Part shown: piece by piece, positions 52,037 through 64,000 of the stretch | How the letters are laid out: each line of letters opens with the position of its first letter | Position numbering within the stretch: the first letter of the stretch is position 1 | Origin: Chrysomallon squamiferum | Taxonomy: Eukaryota; Animalia; Mollusca | NCBI GenBank assembly: GCA_012295275.1 | Contig: CM022665.1 | Span: 17,608,001 to 17,672,000 of the forward strand | Length of the DNA: 64,000 nucleotides | Direction of reading: 5' to 3' | Notes under the pieces: generated by a model | Databases searched by the model: none | Seen by the model: the letters and a program-made list of their open reading frames with translations, nothing else | What the model was told of the DNA's origin: nothing | Translations under genes and position numbers: made by a program

Positions 52037-53191
52037 GTTCAGTACACAAACACACATATATATATATATGTAACTGATAAACAGTCCTTTCAGTATTTCA
52101 GTCAGTACTATTGTAAGTCCATGAACATTTATTGAAAGTTCAAGTACATATTATGGGCATACAGTCGAAGAACTGATTCATTATGGATTAGTGGATTAGT
52201 TACAAAGAAGAGGGGGTATCCTATTACTGTAACCCAGTAAATTCCAGTGACTAGAGTTGATCCTAGAACCTACCACTTTGACACAAAGGATGTTCTTTCA
52301 AATAATCAGTATCATCTTTTTTTCCCATTCCTTTGATCAGTATTTACAAAAATCATAGAAAGACTGAGTTGCTGGTATCTTAAAGCCCAATAATTGTACT
52401 GAAATGGCTGACTATATCTTTTTATACAACTCTCTTCGTATATGTATTGTTGTGTTTGTTGAAATATTGTTAGTTATATGGTTGCATGTTAGCTTAAAAC
52501 TTATAATAATAATAATAATGAATGATTTTGTACATAAAAGTTATATTCAGTTTTAAGATTTATAATGTAAATTTATGTAATTATTTTTCTTTTAAGTTCA
52601 ATATATATGAAAAATTATCAAACCTCAAACTTTTATTAATGGAAAAATAATTCATATCCGGCCTAAATGAGGAAAAAATGAAATACATAATAATAGAGAT
52701 CAAGTAATCATATTTTTAAATTTGATTGATGATGATAGTTTTTAATGGTTTTTTGACATATATTTTTAAACATTCTCTTCATTAAATCGTTATATTGACT
52801 ATTATTCTTCTTGGTGTACTGGTTATGTTTACTTGATTTAAATTTTATTATACACTGAGTTTCCAGTTTGAATTACATAGATTTTTTTTTAATAAAATTT
52901 AAGTTTTAATTTAGAGGTCTCTGTGTGTTCAAATGTGAATTTTATCTACTGTTAACTATCCATAACTGTCTAACAAAATTAATTAATAATATTGTTAAGT
53001 TAATGGGGTTTTGGGGGTTTTGTTTCCTTGTTGATGTTTCATGTGCATATCAATTCTTTTCTTATTTCTTTTTTAAGCATTTTAGTGAGAACTAGTTTTA
53101 CAAGTTGTTACCAATAAGCATAAAATCTGCCAGTAGCTTCGTAACACTGAATTTATTTTGATCATATGGCATACACAACACACAAATACAG

Positions 53192-53223
<32 letters not shown>

Positions 53224-53779
53224 TCTTTATGCATATAATCAGAATGTATCCAGTGTTATGCAAATGGCTATATATGTGTGTGCATACATACACACACAAC
53301 TTTTGTTCTTTTCTTTTTGTTTTACTTGTGCAAGGAAAAACATTAAAACTAAATTTCACACAAAGAAATAAATTATTTATTTAGTTTATTGTGGGAACTG
53401 ACTTCTCAAAAATTATCTCAAGACCTTTTGGGTCATTTGTTAGCATCTGAAAAGATACAATATACATGAAATACAAATCAGGCATCAATTCTTCATATAT
53501 AATTGTATATTTTGTAAATTAATTTACTAAGAAGGAAAGAAATAAAAAATTTTTAAATTCTGAGTCATATTACAGAAGTAAGTGGACTTTAATAAAGAAG
53601 TGATATATAATTTTTGAAAGGTATGTACAGCAGAGTTGTAAAATAATGGTTTTCAGCATTAGAAATACAGATCATGTTGTAAATAATAATACATTACAGA
53701 GAGTTAAATATGGGTTTCATTTCAATATCATGTGAGTCATTTAGATTGTAATATTTTAAACTTATATAAGCTCTCTCTT

Positions 53780-54100
53780 ATATATACATAATTTGTGTCT
53801 GTCAATTTGAAATTTTCACTTATTTGATTCTTACAATTTGATAACACAAAAATGAAAAGTATAGCAAAAAAAAACATTTTTATTTTAGTTATATTTAGCA
53901 GGAATCAACCAACATTCCTTAATTTTCAACAGATACATACATACATATATATCTGTAATTTATGTCTCTGTTCTCTTAATGAGAAATTTTCACTTGTTTG
54001 ATTCTTATAATTTGATAACATCAAAATGAAAGAAAAACGTAAATAAAAAAATTATTTTTCCTTTATCAGGAATCATTCATCTTTCCTTCATTTTCAACTG
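53780..54100. repeat. Local direct duplication (~170 bp, 2 copies)
   Basis: GAAATTTTCACTT.TTTGATTCTTA.AATTTGATAACA..AAAATGAAA..CAGGAATCA..TTCCTT.ATTTTCAAC occurs at ~53810 and ~53983. Confidence 0.75.
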
Positions 54101-55819
54101 ATGTTTTTTATTGTTTAGGATAATTTGGTAAATGGCTGGGGTTTTTTTTCTTTTCTAAAGTATGAGCTTTGCTGTTGTGTCTACTGTATTTTTGTTAGTG
54201 CTACATTCAAACTGAAGATATAGTAAAATAGCAGTAGCCTTTGTTTAGTTACATAACCAAATGTATTGTATAAACCTCGTCTATAACTGTAGAATGTTAA
54301 TATTAACATAAATTGTAATGTATATAATTATAATTTTAAAATAGAGTTAGTTGATGTAAAGTAACAAGCTCAGTAGATTAGGGTACTTCTGTAGTAGTGC
54401 TTTATCAGGGTTTTAATTTTTTCCATTCAGTTTTAATTAGTAATGATATACAGAAGAATAATAGTTTCAAAATAACTACAGAGAGCCTTGGTTGATACAA
54501 AGAAATATTCTTGATATAGTTACATACTTCCAAAGTATTGCTTTATATATTGTTTTTTATTTTGTATTTTTATTTTATTTTTATTTATTTATTTATTTAT
54601 TTATTTTTTATTATTATTTTTTATTTGTTTTTTTATTTTTTATATTATTTATTTTTTTATTTGATATATAACAACAAAAGATTTGAAATAACCTTTAATT
54701 AGTAATCATAAAGAAAAAGAATAGAGATTTGAAATAACTAAAAACTGAGGTTTTTCTGTAGTCATGACATCATTATCTACAGGGTAGATCAGCTAGCTCC
54801 ATTGTTTCTTATAGAAAAAAACCATAACTCTTAGTCCACCGTGAATGCAGTGACATAATGACTGTTTGTGGAAGAGTAAAATGAAAGTGTTTGGGTGTTT
54901 TGTAATTGTATTATAGTGATGTTATGTTTAGGTGTTTTGTAATTGTATTATAATTGTGCTTTTAGTGATGTTAGGTCACTGAAAGCAAGTAAAGTGATAA
55001 CTTGGAAGTATAAAGAAATTTATTAGTATATTCATAGGTGTACTTAACTGGCTTTCTTCTGAGAGCCATGATTATGGCTTCCATAAATACTACACACAGC
55101 ATCCACCTTCTTGTATATTTTAACTTATTTTAGCATAATCTATTTTAACTTTTAAAACATATTTTAATTTATTTTAACTTTTAAAACATAACTGAACTTA
55201 TTTTAATTTTTAAACATAACTCACAGATGCCAACATTAAATATACTCTTCTGTAGCCTATAATTAATAAACTTTTTCCTACTTCAACTACTGCCATTCTT
55301 AGAGACCCTATCTAGGTGACTCTATGTTAACTATGAACTGTTCCCTAGATGAGGATATATAACATATATTTTTGCCATGTAGTTATTTTTCCAGTGTCCT
55401 AAGTGTACAGAGCACCAAATATCATGTACAAGGTACAATAAAGATGCATACATTATTATTATTAGAGCAATTCTCAGCAGCAAACTAGCCAATGTTTTGT
55501 TTCAGCATAGGTCATCAAAGCTTTTCTGCTTGTTTTGCATTGCTGTACTTAATAAGATTATAATACTCGTTTTAATCTATCCAATATCTATTTATAAAAT
55601 TTGCAGAATTGTCATCAGAACCTCTTGCAGATGTCCTTTTAAAACTAGTGCAATAAACAATGTTTTTTTTTTTTTTTATATGTTTGTGATTTTTTTATTT
55701 AATTCTGCAAATGTGAATGTTCTTGTGATTAAATCAAGTATCAGTTTAATTGTGTTGTTTTTAATTTGATAATGAAAAGATATTTTATTAACAGCACAAG
55801 AAAGTTCATAATGTCTAAG

Positions 55820-56345
55820 TAAATGTTATTATTATTATTGTTATGGATAGTAGTAATAGCAACAATAGTAGTGATAATAGTAAAAGTAATATTAGTAGCT
55901 GGTTGTAAAAGAGAAAATAGTAATACTAGTGGTTGTTAAAGAGGAAATAATAATAGTTGTAGGGTAATAGTAATAGAAGTAATAATAGTAGAAGAAATAG
56001 TAATAGTTGTAGTAATAATGGTAAAAATAATAGTAAAAGTAACTGTAGTAGTCTTAGAAGTAATAGTATAGTAGCACTAGTAATAGAAGTAGTAGTAACA
56101 ATATATATAAGAGTCATGGCAGAAGTAATAGTAATAATTGTAGTAGTGGTACTAATAACTAGTAGAAGTAATTGCAATAGCAGTAGTAGCACAGAATCAT
56201 AGTGGTACTAGTAATAACAGCATAAGTACTACAGTGGCAGCAGCAGTAGTAATAGTTGTAGTATTGGTGTTGGTAATAACTAGTAGAAGTAATTGTAGTA
56301 GCAGTGGTAATTGCAGCAGCAGTAGTAATAGTTGTAGTAATGCTA
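55820..56345. repeat. Degenerate trinucleotide (TAG/TAA/CAG)n low-complexity tract
   Basis: Runs of AGTAATAGTAGTAGCAGT. These are the source of the Leu/Thr-rich spurious minus-strand ORFs. Confidence 0.85.
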
Positions 56346-56625
56346 GAATAAAATTAAAGACTGTTATATTAATAAACTTCACTGTTTTCAAAGTATGGAC
56401 TGGTTTTTAGGTAACTTAGAAAATCAGACAAGCTTGTTTTCTGTGCCAGCAACTGGTTCATCAAAATACACTTTTCTGTCTATGAGTAGGTGCATATAAA
56501 ATATTTCTTACTGCCAAGTGATGAATTGTTCTTGCACTGACAACAACAGATACATTTTTTTCAAATCAATATCTTAACAAGACAAGGTATTATTAATTTT
56601 TTATTATTTTTTATTTTTATTATTA

Positions 56626-56681
<56 letters not shown>

Positions 56682-56729
56682 TACAAACCATTGTTCAAAC
56701 CATTACAAAATATTAAATATTTTATTCAG

Positions 56730-57145
56730 TTTCTGGTGATGCTCAGATTGTTAAGACACCAAGATTGACTGTATTCATAAAAGATTTCACCAGAAGTTGG
56801 CCTGAAATGGCTGAAATGGATCTCTAAGATGAAAGATAAGACAATAAAACCTAGTATTTAATACACTAAAGTTGATGTTCAGATTCTCACATTGTTAAGT
56901 ACACAAAACAGACTAAATCCATGAAAGGTTTGAGCAATAGTAATTGCTAAAATGAGTGTATAGATGAAAGATAATACAATAAAAACTTAATATTTAATAC
57001 ACTAAAGTTGATGTTGAGATTGTGATACTGTTAATAGACTAAACTAGACTAAATTCATAAAAGGTTTCAGCAGTAGCTTAATAAAACCTAATATCTGATT
57101 CTTTAAAATGTGATCACTGAAACTGATGTTCAGATGAAAGATGTT
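56730..57145. repeat. Degenerate tandem repeat, ~135-bp unit, 3-4 copies
   Basis: TGATG(T/C)TCAGATT-like anchors at ~56736, 56873, 57009 and 57124. GATGAAAGATAA.ACAATAAAA..TATTTAATACACTAAAGTTGATGTT is duplicated. Confidence 0.75.
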
Positions 57146-58724
57146 ACTGAAAATAAAACAAATTCAATTCATTTATATATGACTATTGGAAGAAAAAAAC
57201 TTTTTCTGAAGGCAGCAATCAAAATTTTCAATAAATTTTAGAGGCAACTGAGGCAAACACTGAGGAGTAGAAACGTGCTATCACAATGGACTATTTTATA
57301 CAATTAGCAGTGAAGGATGTTTTATGTGGACTGTCCCATAGACAGTAGGTGGTATACCACAGCCTATGTTTTGAGAGTCAACAAATTAGAATCAGTCCAA
57401 AACCAATCACACTTCTGACCAAGATACACTTCTACTACAACAGAGATAGCAACATAAAATTTACAAACCAAAAAAAACAATATTTAGTACAAAAAAATGT
57501 ACAGTTGAATTAATGCTTTCCTTAGTGATAAGCAGATATATCCCTTCAAAATGTAAAATATTACAGTTGACTGCAGAAAGTGGATTTACCCCATGGTATT
57601 AAAAACACTTTCCATTATTCTGCAAAAAATGGAAACACCCTCAAAGACTCCCAAAAATCAGTGGGTCAGTGCAACTACAAGTCTTGTTGATTTTTAATTA
57701 TGCAGTGAAAAGGGTTAATTATTAACATCAAATTGACTAGTATATAGCATTTTTTTTTGCAGGCAGTTTTCTTCTTTTATATTAATATTGATTAAAATAT
57801 GGCCTCCTAATAATGAACAAATAACAAAGAAACAAATTATAAATAAAAAATAATAATCATAAAGGTTTTCATATTGCTCCCCTCTGGTGAATGAAAGAAA
57901 GCAAGACAGGTAATTAATGTTATTTTAAGAAGTACTGTATTATTTATTTAATACTATTTTATTTTATTTTATTTATTTAGTTACATCTTATTTACTATAT
58001 TTATTACTTTTTTATTGATTGATTTATTTTATTTTATTTATTTATCTCACTTGTTTATTTACATACCATTTTATTTACTTACTTATTTAAACTGCTGTTT
58101 GCCTCTACTGCTAAGATAACCATCTGAATAGACAAACAGCATCACTGTTTGTTTAAAGGTAAAAACTGTAGTTACAATAAGCTAGTTACAATAACAGCTA
58201 TTTTTATTTCTTTATAAATAAAACAATAATAAAATAATAGTTAACCTGTGGTAACAGATGTTGAACACTGCACATTATTAAATTTCATTTTTCTCTCAAA
58301 TCCAGTATATTTTTATTTCGCTCAGTTAAACAGAAAATGTGTTTATGTGTTCGCTGTGTTTTTATAAACTTGGGTAGACATTAATATATACTTAAGTAAA
58401 TACACAAACATATGTATTAAGTACATATATACATAGATAAATACATATATATATATATACATACACACACATACATACACACATACATATATACACATTT
58501 ATATATATATACATAGCTATTTTCATCTACATGCACACACACACACACACACACACATGTACTTGTATATACATTACAACAGTAAGTATAACGTATGTGT
58601 GTGTTTCTGTAGTACTTCACATATTAGTTTTCTATCATTAGGTTACTACTTTCTTTTTACAACAGGTGAAATGCACACAAACAGAAACAACATATATATA
58701 AAACCATCGATGTAGATAATTCAC

Positions 58725-58738
58725 GTATCCATGGTAAC
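58725..58738. promoter_or_regulatory. Candidate RFX X-box
   Basis: GTATCCATGGTAAC fits the consensus GTHNYYATRRNAAC. Confidence 0.4.
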
Positions 58739-59603
58739 ACATGATAATTAGTAATGTTTTGTAATGACATCTGGAACCACAATGACTTTCTACCTGGATT
58801 ATTCATCTCAGGTGTGGTCAGTGAAGATTTTTCTCATTAAGGATTATATTTACAGGTGAAGCAGAATATTTAGTGACAGATTTTTAACATTTATCAAATA
58901 GGTGAGTAGAGAAAAATTTCACAGTATTGATCTTTGAATGGGAAGAATTGGACAGATAATATTTTGTGATACAGTGTTTCCTGAATGGAGCGAGAATTTT
59001 TTTTTTTTTTAGAGCCATTTGTCATTTTTTTATATTTAGAAACAGGAGCAGAAATACATGGGATATGACACATACCTGTATTTCTGTTAGTTCAGTTTGT
59101 TTATTTAATTATTTTTAGCAGTAAGACATTTTTTTTTTTTTTTTTTGCATTTAGAGTAAGGAGTAGAAATGGATGACACATATCTTTTTCTCAGTTTCAG
59201 ATAATTTCTTTTAGTTCATTTAGTATATTAATAGTGAATTTTATTGGTTATCTTTCTTGTTCAGTTTCAGACAATGGTGCTTTTATTTGTTATTTATTTC
59301 TTTGTTATAGTGTGACAGTTTATTTGTTGTAATTAAACTGTTTATTTGTTTCAGGTGTGACAATATATTACTCAGATAGGCAACAACAAGAACAACAACA
59401 ATAATAATCTTTGTAGTATTACATTAGTGGTAGCTGTAACAGTAACAGTAGAATAGTAGCAGTAGTTATTGTTGTAATAATACTAGTAAACTAATAACAA
59501 TTAGAAATAATAAAGGTAATTTTTTCTCTTGCTACCTTCTTTCTTTCTGTCTATTCTTTCTATCTCTTGCTATATTCTCTGTATCTTTCTCTCTATATCT
59601 TTT

Positions 59604-59606
<3 letters not shown>

Positions 59607-59656
<50 letters not shown>
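59607..59656. repeat. (CT)n microsatellite; representative of many (CA)n, (TA)n, (TTA)n and poly-A/T tracts (e.g. 17735-17797, 22371-22408, 45197-45234, 56630-56680, 60140-60190)
   Basis: Directly visible perfect short-period runs. Confidence 0.95.
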
Positions 59657-59660
<4 letters not shown>

Positions 59661-60139
59661 ACTGTGCATACATATAACATACACACTCATTTAATAACAT
59701 AGATAAATAGACACACAGTGATCTATGTTCACAGTAAACCTGTAAAACAAAGAAGCTCATTGGCTGGTTATGACTGAGGTCACTGCTAGTGGTTCAGAGA
59801 ATGGCATGCAGTGTTAATGGTAATATACTTGTTATAAATGTTAACGAGATCCACAAGCTAGCGACAGGTTAAATATTCCTGTTAATATTTCATACAGGTG
59901 ATCAGCTTCATCATTTGGTCAGTTGGTCATTCAGGTAGAAAGGTTGTTGTTTTTTTTAAAAAGAAAACAAAAGAGGAAGATGTATACTTATATACAATGA
60001 CATGGATTTTTGAAGCAGATTTTTAAAGTGAAAAAGGCAATGACAAAAGTAGAAATCTTTTAATTTTTTTTTTTCTGCGATTATGTCATTGACAAATAGT
60101 GATCAGGTAAGTTTGGATTTTTGAATCTTCTTCATCTTC

Positions 60140-60188
<49 letters not shown>

Positions 60189-60849
60189 GCAATAGTATTA
60201 ACAATTACAATAATAATAATAATATTGTTATTATTATTACTGTTGTTGCTGATGATAATATTATTATCATTATTATTGTTGTTGTTGTTTTATTATTATT
60301 GCTATTATTAACATTGTTATTATTGTTCTTGTTCATGTTGTTTATTATTATCATCATCATCATCATCATTGTTGTTGTTGTTGTTGTTATTGTGTATGTT
60401 ATTATTATTATTGATATTACTACTACTACTACTACTACTGTTTTGTTTTGTTATTTTTTAATTAATTAATTTATTTATTTGTTGTTCTGTTTTGAATCAC
60501 CTCCTTAAATATATAACTTTTTAAACAGAGAATTTCGGAAAACTGGTCAAAGTTGTAACTGACCACAAACTGACCTTGCAGTCCAGGTTAAGAATTAATT
60601 ACTGTTATCTTGATACACCTGCTTTTACTAATTAGTTCCAACCACAGACAACCATTAACCTTTCCGTGAACTCACTTTTCTCATGGCCAAAGAACACAAC
60701 AATTTTCTTACTGCTTATATACATCAAGTCTGGAATTAAAAATTATTGTTAATGTAATTTTGTGAAGAAAATTTGTTTTAGGCTCTGTTCATTGTCAGTG
60801 ATAAAGTTAAAGAGAGTTAGTTAAAAACTGGATGTTGTTATTAGATCTA

Positions 60850-61035
60850 TACAATACAACATGATACAGAACATGATAATATGTAAAATAACCTAATAAA
60901 CACAACAGAAAACATAACACAACATAATGCCATATGATACAACATGATACTACATAAATAACAATACAACATGATAACTATATAAGTGAGATACTGACAC
61001 AACACAACACAACACAACACAACAGCACAATCAAC
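60850..61035. repeat. Degenerate pentanucleotide (ACAAC/ATGAT)n tract
   Basis: ACAACATGATAC recurrences ending in perfect (ACAAC)n. Confidence 0.75.
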
Positions 61036-61255
61036 ATTAATTATCAGGAAGCAATAAGGTTTAAAATCACATACAATCTAAAATGAATCAGATGTTTTAT
61101 CATTAATCTTGTTTGTTAATGATGTTCTCATTAAAAGGTTTCTGCTGAATATTGACTGAACACTGCTTTTGACCAGAACCAGTAAAAGTATGTTGATAAT
61201 GTACGTACACAATACCTATGTAATTATATGTATGTATACATGTATACATACATGC

Positions 61256-61301
<46 letters not shown>

Positions 61302-61974
61302 GTATGCATGTGTTTGTGTTTGTATGTATGTGTATATTTGTATGTTTGTATATATGTATGTATGTATGAATATATACACCAACACACACACACACATATA
61401 TATATATGTATAGTGTTGATATGCTGTTAGTGTTTATTTAAAGATTAATCTGTGTTACTGAAAATCCATATCACATAGATTAGTCCTTAAATGAACTCAG
61501 AATTTTTTCATAGCTAATGAACAGACTCATGTTTTGTACAGTTTTGAAAATTCATTGATAATCTTTAAATTTTCATTATCTTCATTTAGAGAAATAATAT
61601 GTAAGTGATTATAAATTAAGGCAATGTCTTAATGAACGTTATCCTCATCACATGATCATTTTTTATAATTATTACTTTATTGTTGTTGTCATTCTTGCTA
61701 CTGTTATTATTATTTTCATGATTATTACTATTACTAGTGTCATTATATAGTTTTAATTGCTATTATTATTACTACTACTACTACTACTACTACTTCTGCT
61801 ACTGCTTCTAATACTACTACTATTATTATTACTACTGCTACTACTACTACTACTACTGTTATTATTATTATTATTATTAATATTATTATTATTATTATCA
61901 TTAAATATCAAACAGTAAGAATAATTCTGATACATCCAGTTGAAGAGTTGTTTTATAAAGATCTGTCCATAATT

Positions 61975-62185
61975 ATGTGGAGTGGATCTCTATAACTTTT
62001 AAACAGTGATATAGCTCTTGCCGAGATGGAGTGAGTGGATCTCTAAAACATTGTCTTGACAGGTGATATATCTGTTGTTAGGTACAGTGGAACAGCAAGA
62101 GGGTACCTAAAACATTGTCTTAAAAAGTGACAAATCTCTTGCTAGGGTGGAGTGGGGTAAGCTATGGATCTTTAAACTGACAGTC
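61975..62185. repeat. Degenerate ~60-bp tandem repeat, ~4 copies
   Basis: GTGGATCTCTAAAACATTGTCTT..GTGATATA.CTCTTGC recurs. Confidence 0.6.
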
Positions 62186-62584
62186 CTTTTTTCCATTTCA
62201 TCTACTAAAAAACACAAACTGAAACAAATGTTTTGTCAGTCTCTCACCTTGTTTGTTTTTCAACTTCTCATCAACACAGTGAATTGTATTACAAATACTT
62301 CAACTATAATACTAGAATTAAATCTCATTTAATTTGGTTGAGTAACTGAATCAACAGAAATCTTTTACAACTGACTGTGACCAATCTGCCCATGCACAGT
62401 AACTCCCTCTACTGTCATTTATTTCTACATTGTATGTAAACTCAAGTATATTTGCAGAAAACTAAAATGGCTGATTCACTGCAAAAACGTTTTAAAATTC
62501 ATTTTGGGTGCAGCAGTAGCAGCAGGATTGGTGTGTGATAACAATTTTAAGTGTGACAGTCTCCTAGATTGTCTGCCCACATTT

Positions 62585-63160
62585 ATGTTAACGTATTGTA
62601 AAGCACGTCTGTGATGGCTGCAGAGTCTAGGAGCTTGTTGATGTTAGTTTTGATATGTTAAACATTTGTTAGAAAGAAAGATGATAATACATTAACACAT
62701 TTAATATGAAACTTATTATAAATGAATGTTAAGTACATCTGTTACAGATATTCAGTCTAAGAGACTGTTTATTTTAGTGCTGATGTTTTAAAGATTGGTT
62801 AGAAAGAAAGATAATAATAAATTTAATCTGATACTCTTAGTAAACTATTGTTAAGCACGCCTGTTATGGGCACAGTCTAGGAGGTTGTTGATGTGAATGC
62901 TGATGTGCCATAACCTATTGTTAAGCATGCCTATTATGGGCATGCTATATAGGAAGTTATTGATATAATTTTTAAAATATTAAAGACTGGTCAGAAAGAA
63001 AGATGGTAACAAATGTAAACCAGTATTCACTGTAAACTATTGTTAAGCATGCCTGTTATGGGCAGACTCTCAAGGATGTTGTAGGTGTCAGTTTTGATGT
63101 TAAGGATTTATTTTAAAAAGCAATGGAGTAGTCATTATAAACATTCCTGTCTTCCAGTCT
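62585..63160. repeat. Degenerate tandem repeat, ~120-130-bp unit, ~5 copies
   Basis: TTGTTAAGCA.GCCTGTTATGGGCA.AGTCTAGGAG.TTGTTGATG and TTAGAAAGAAAGATGATAA recur at ~62596, 62727, 62848, 62918 and 63040. Confidence 0.75.
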
Positions 63161-64000
63161 TTAAATCTACATTCTATATTCATGTCCCTTGTTGTGCAGT
63201 CAGAATGTTTATTAAATTAGTTTTTTTTTTTATTATTTTAAAATATCTTCATGCAAAGATGTTATTGTCTTCATAATCATAATCATCATTATCATCATTA
63301 ATAAATTATTAATATTACTATTGCTATTATTATCACTGTTTTTATTATTGTTATGATTATCATCATTATTATTAACATTGCTATGATTATGGTTATTATT
63401 ACTGTTATCATGATTATCATTATCATTGTTATTACCCTATTATTATTTTTTTTATCATCACTGTCATTGTCATTATCATCATTAATTTTATTATCATCAT
63501 CGTTTCACATATTAAAAAAAAATTCAAATTAATTTTAGTATCTACACCAAACATCCTTCATTCTTTAACATTTTTAGAATATTTTCTTTCCTCTAACTTT
63601 TTTCATTTCAGTTTTTTTTACATACAAATCCTTTTTATGTTAATCATATAACTTTCTCAGCTAAACTGTATCCAAAGTCTACATCTTAAATTCCAATTAC
63701 CTCCCTTCTCTACTTCTTTTCTTTAATTACTTTTTTTTTTTTTTTTAAATTAATTATCCATTTGTACTGCAGGTAAGAATTTTGTTTGAAAAAAAAAATC
63801 TATGTTCTGTAGTGTTATTTACTAAGATTGAAACCAGTTTTGGGTGCTGTCGAGTATAATTTGGCTAAAATCAACAAAGTTTTACTTTGAAGCTTATGCC
63901 TTATTGGTTGTGAACAGCAAACATAGCCAATGTGAAGGCATCCCTTGCGCTGTGTACACATGTTTTGAGACTGCAGTCTGCTGTAGAGCCTGTCGACTCA

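Overview
AT-rich, intron-rich animal genomic DNA (invertebrate; mollusc/lophotrochozoan-like by inference only). I assembled five spliced genes by hand from splice sites and codon phase. (1) The 3' part of a multi-SPRY-domain protein ending in a CaaX box (+, 38-9834). (2) A signal-peptide JmjC/cupin-like plus EF-hand protein ending in KHEEL that lacks all three Fe(II) ligands (-, 16406-24537). (3) SRRM1/SRm160 (+, 25247-36792). (4) An SLC35F1/F2-type transporter (-, 39049-45965). (5) Rab39 (+, 46785-47821). Genes 2/3 and 4/5 are tight head-to-head pairs. Introns carry Tc1/mariner-pogo DNA transposon remnants. Beyond about 48 kb the sequence is non-coding, with microsatellites and local tandem duplications. 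The most unusual pattern is a set of decaying tandem arrays whose units copy a functional gene boundary: a 5' splice site, a 3' splice site and a stop codon (possibly two). Two apparent single-base frameshifts at homopolymers are most likely assembly errors.
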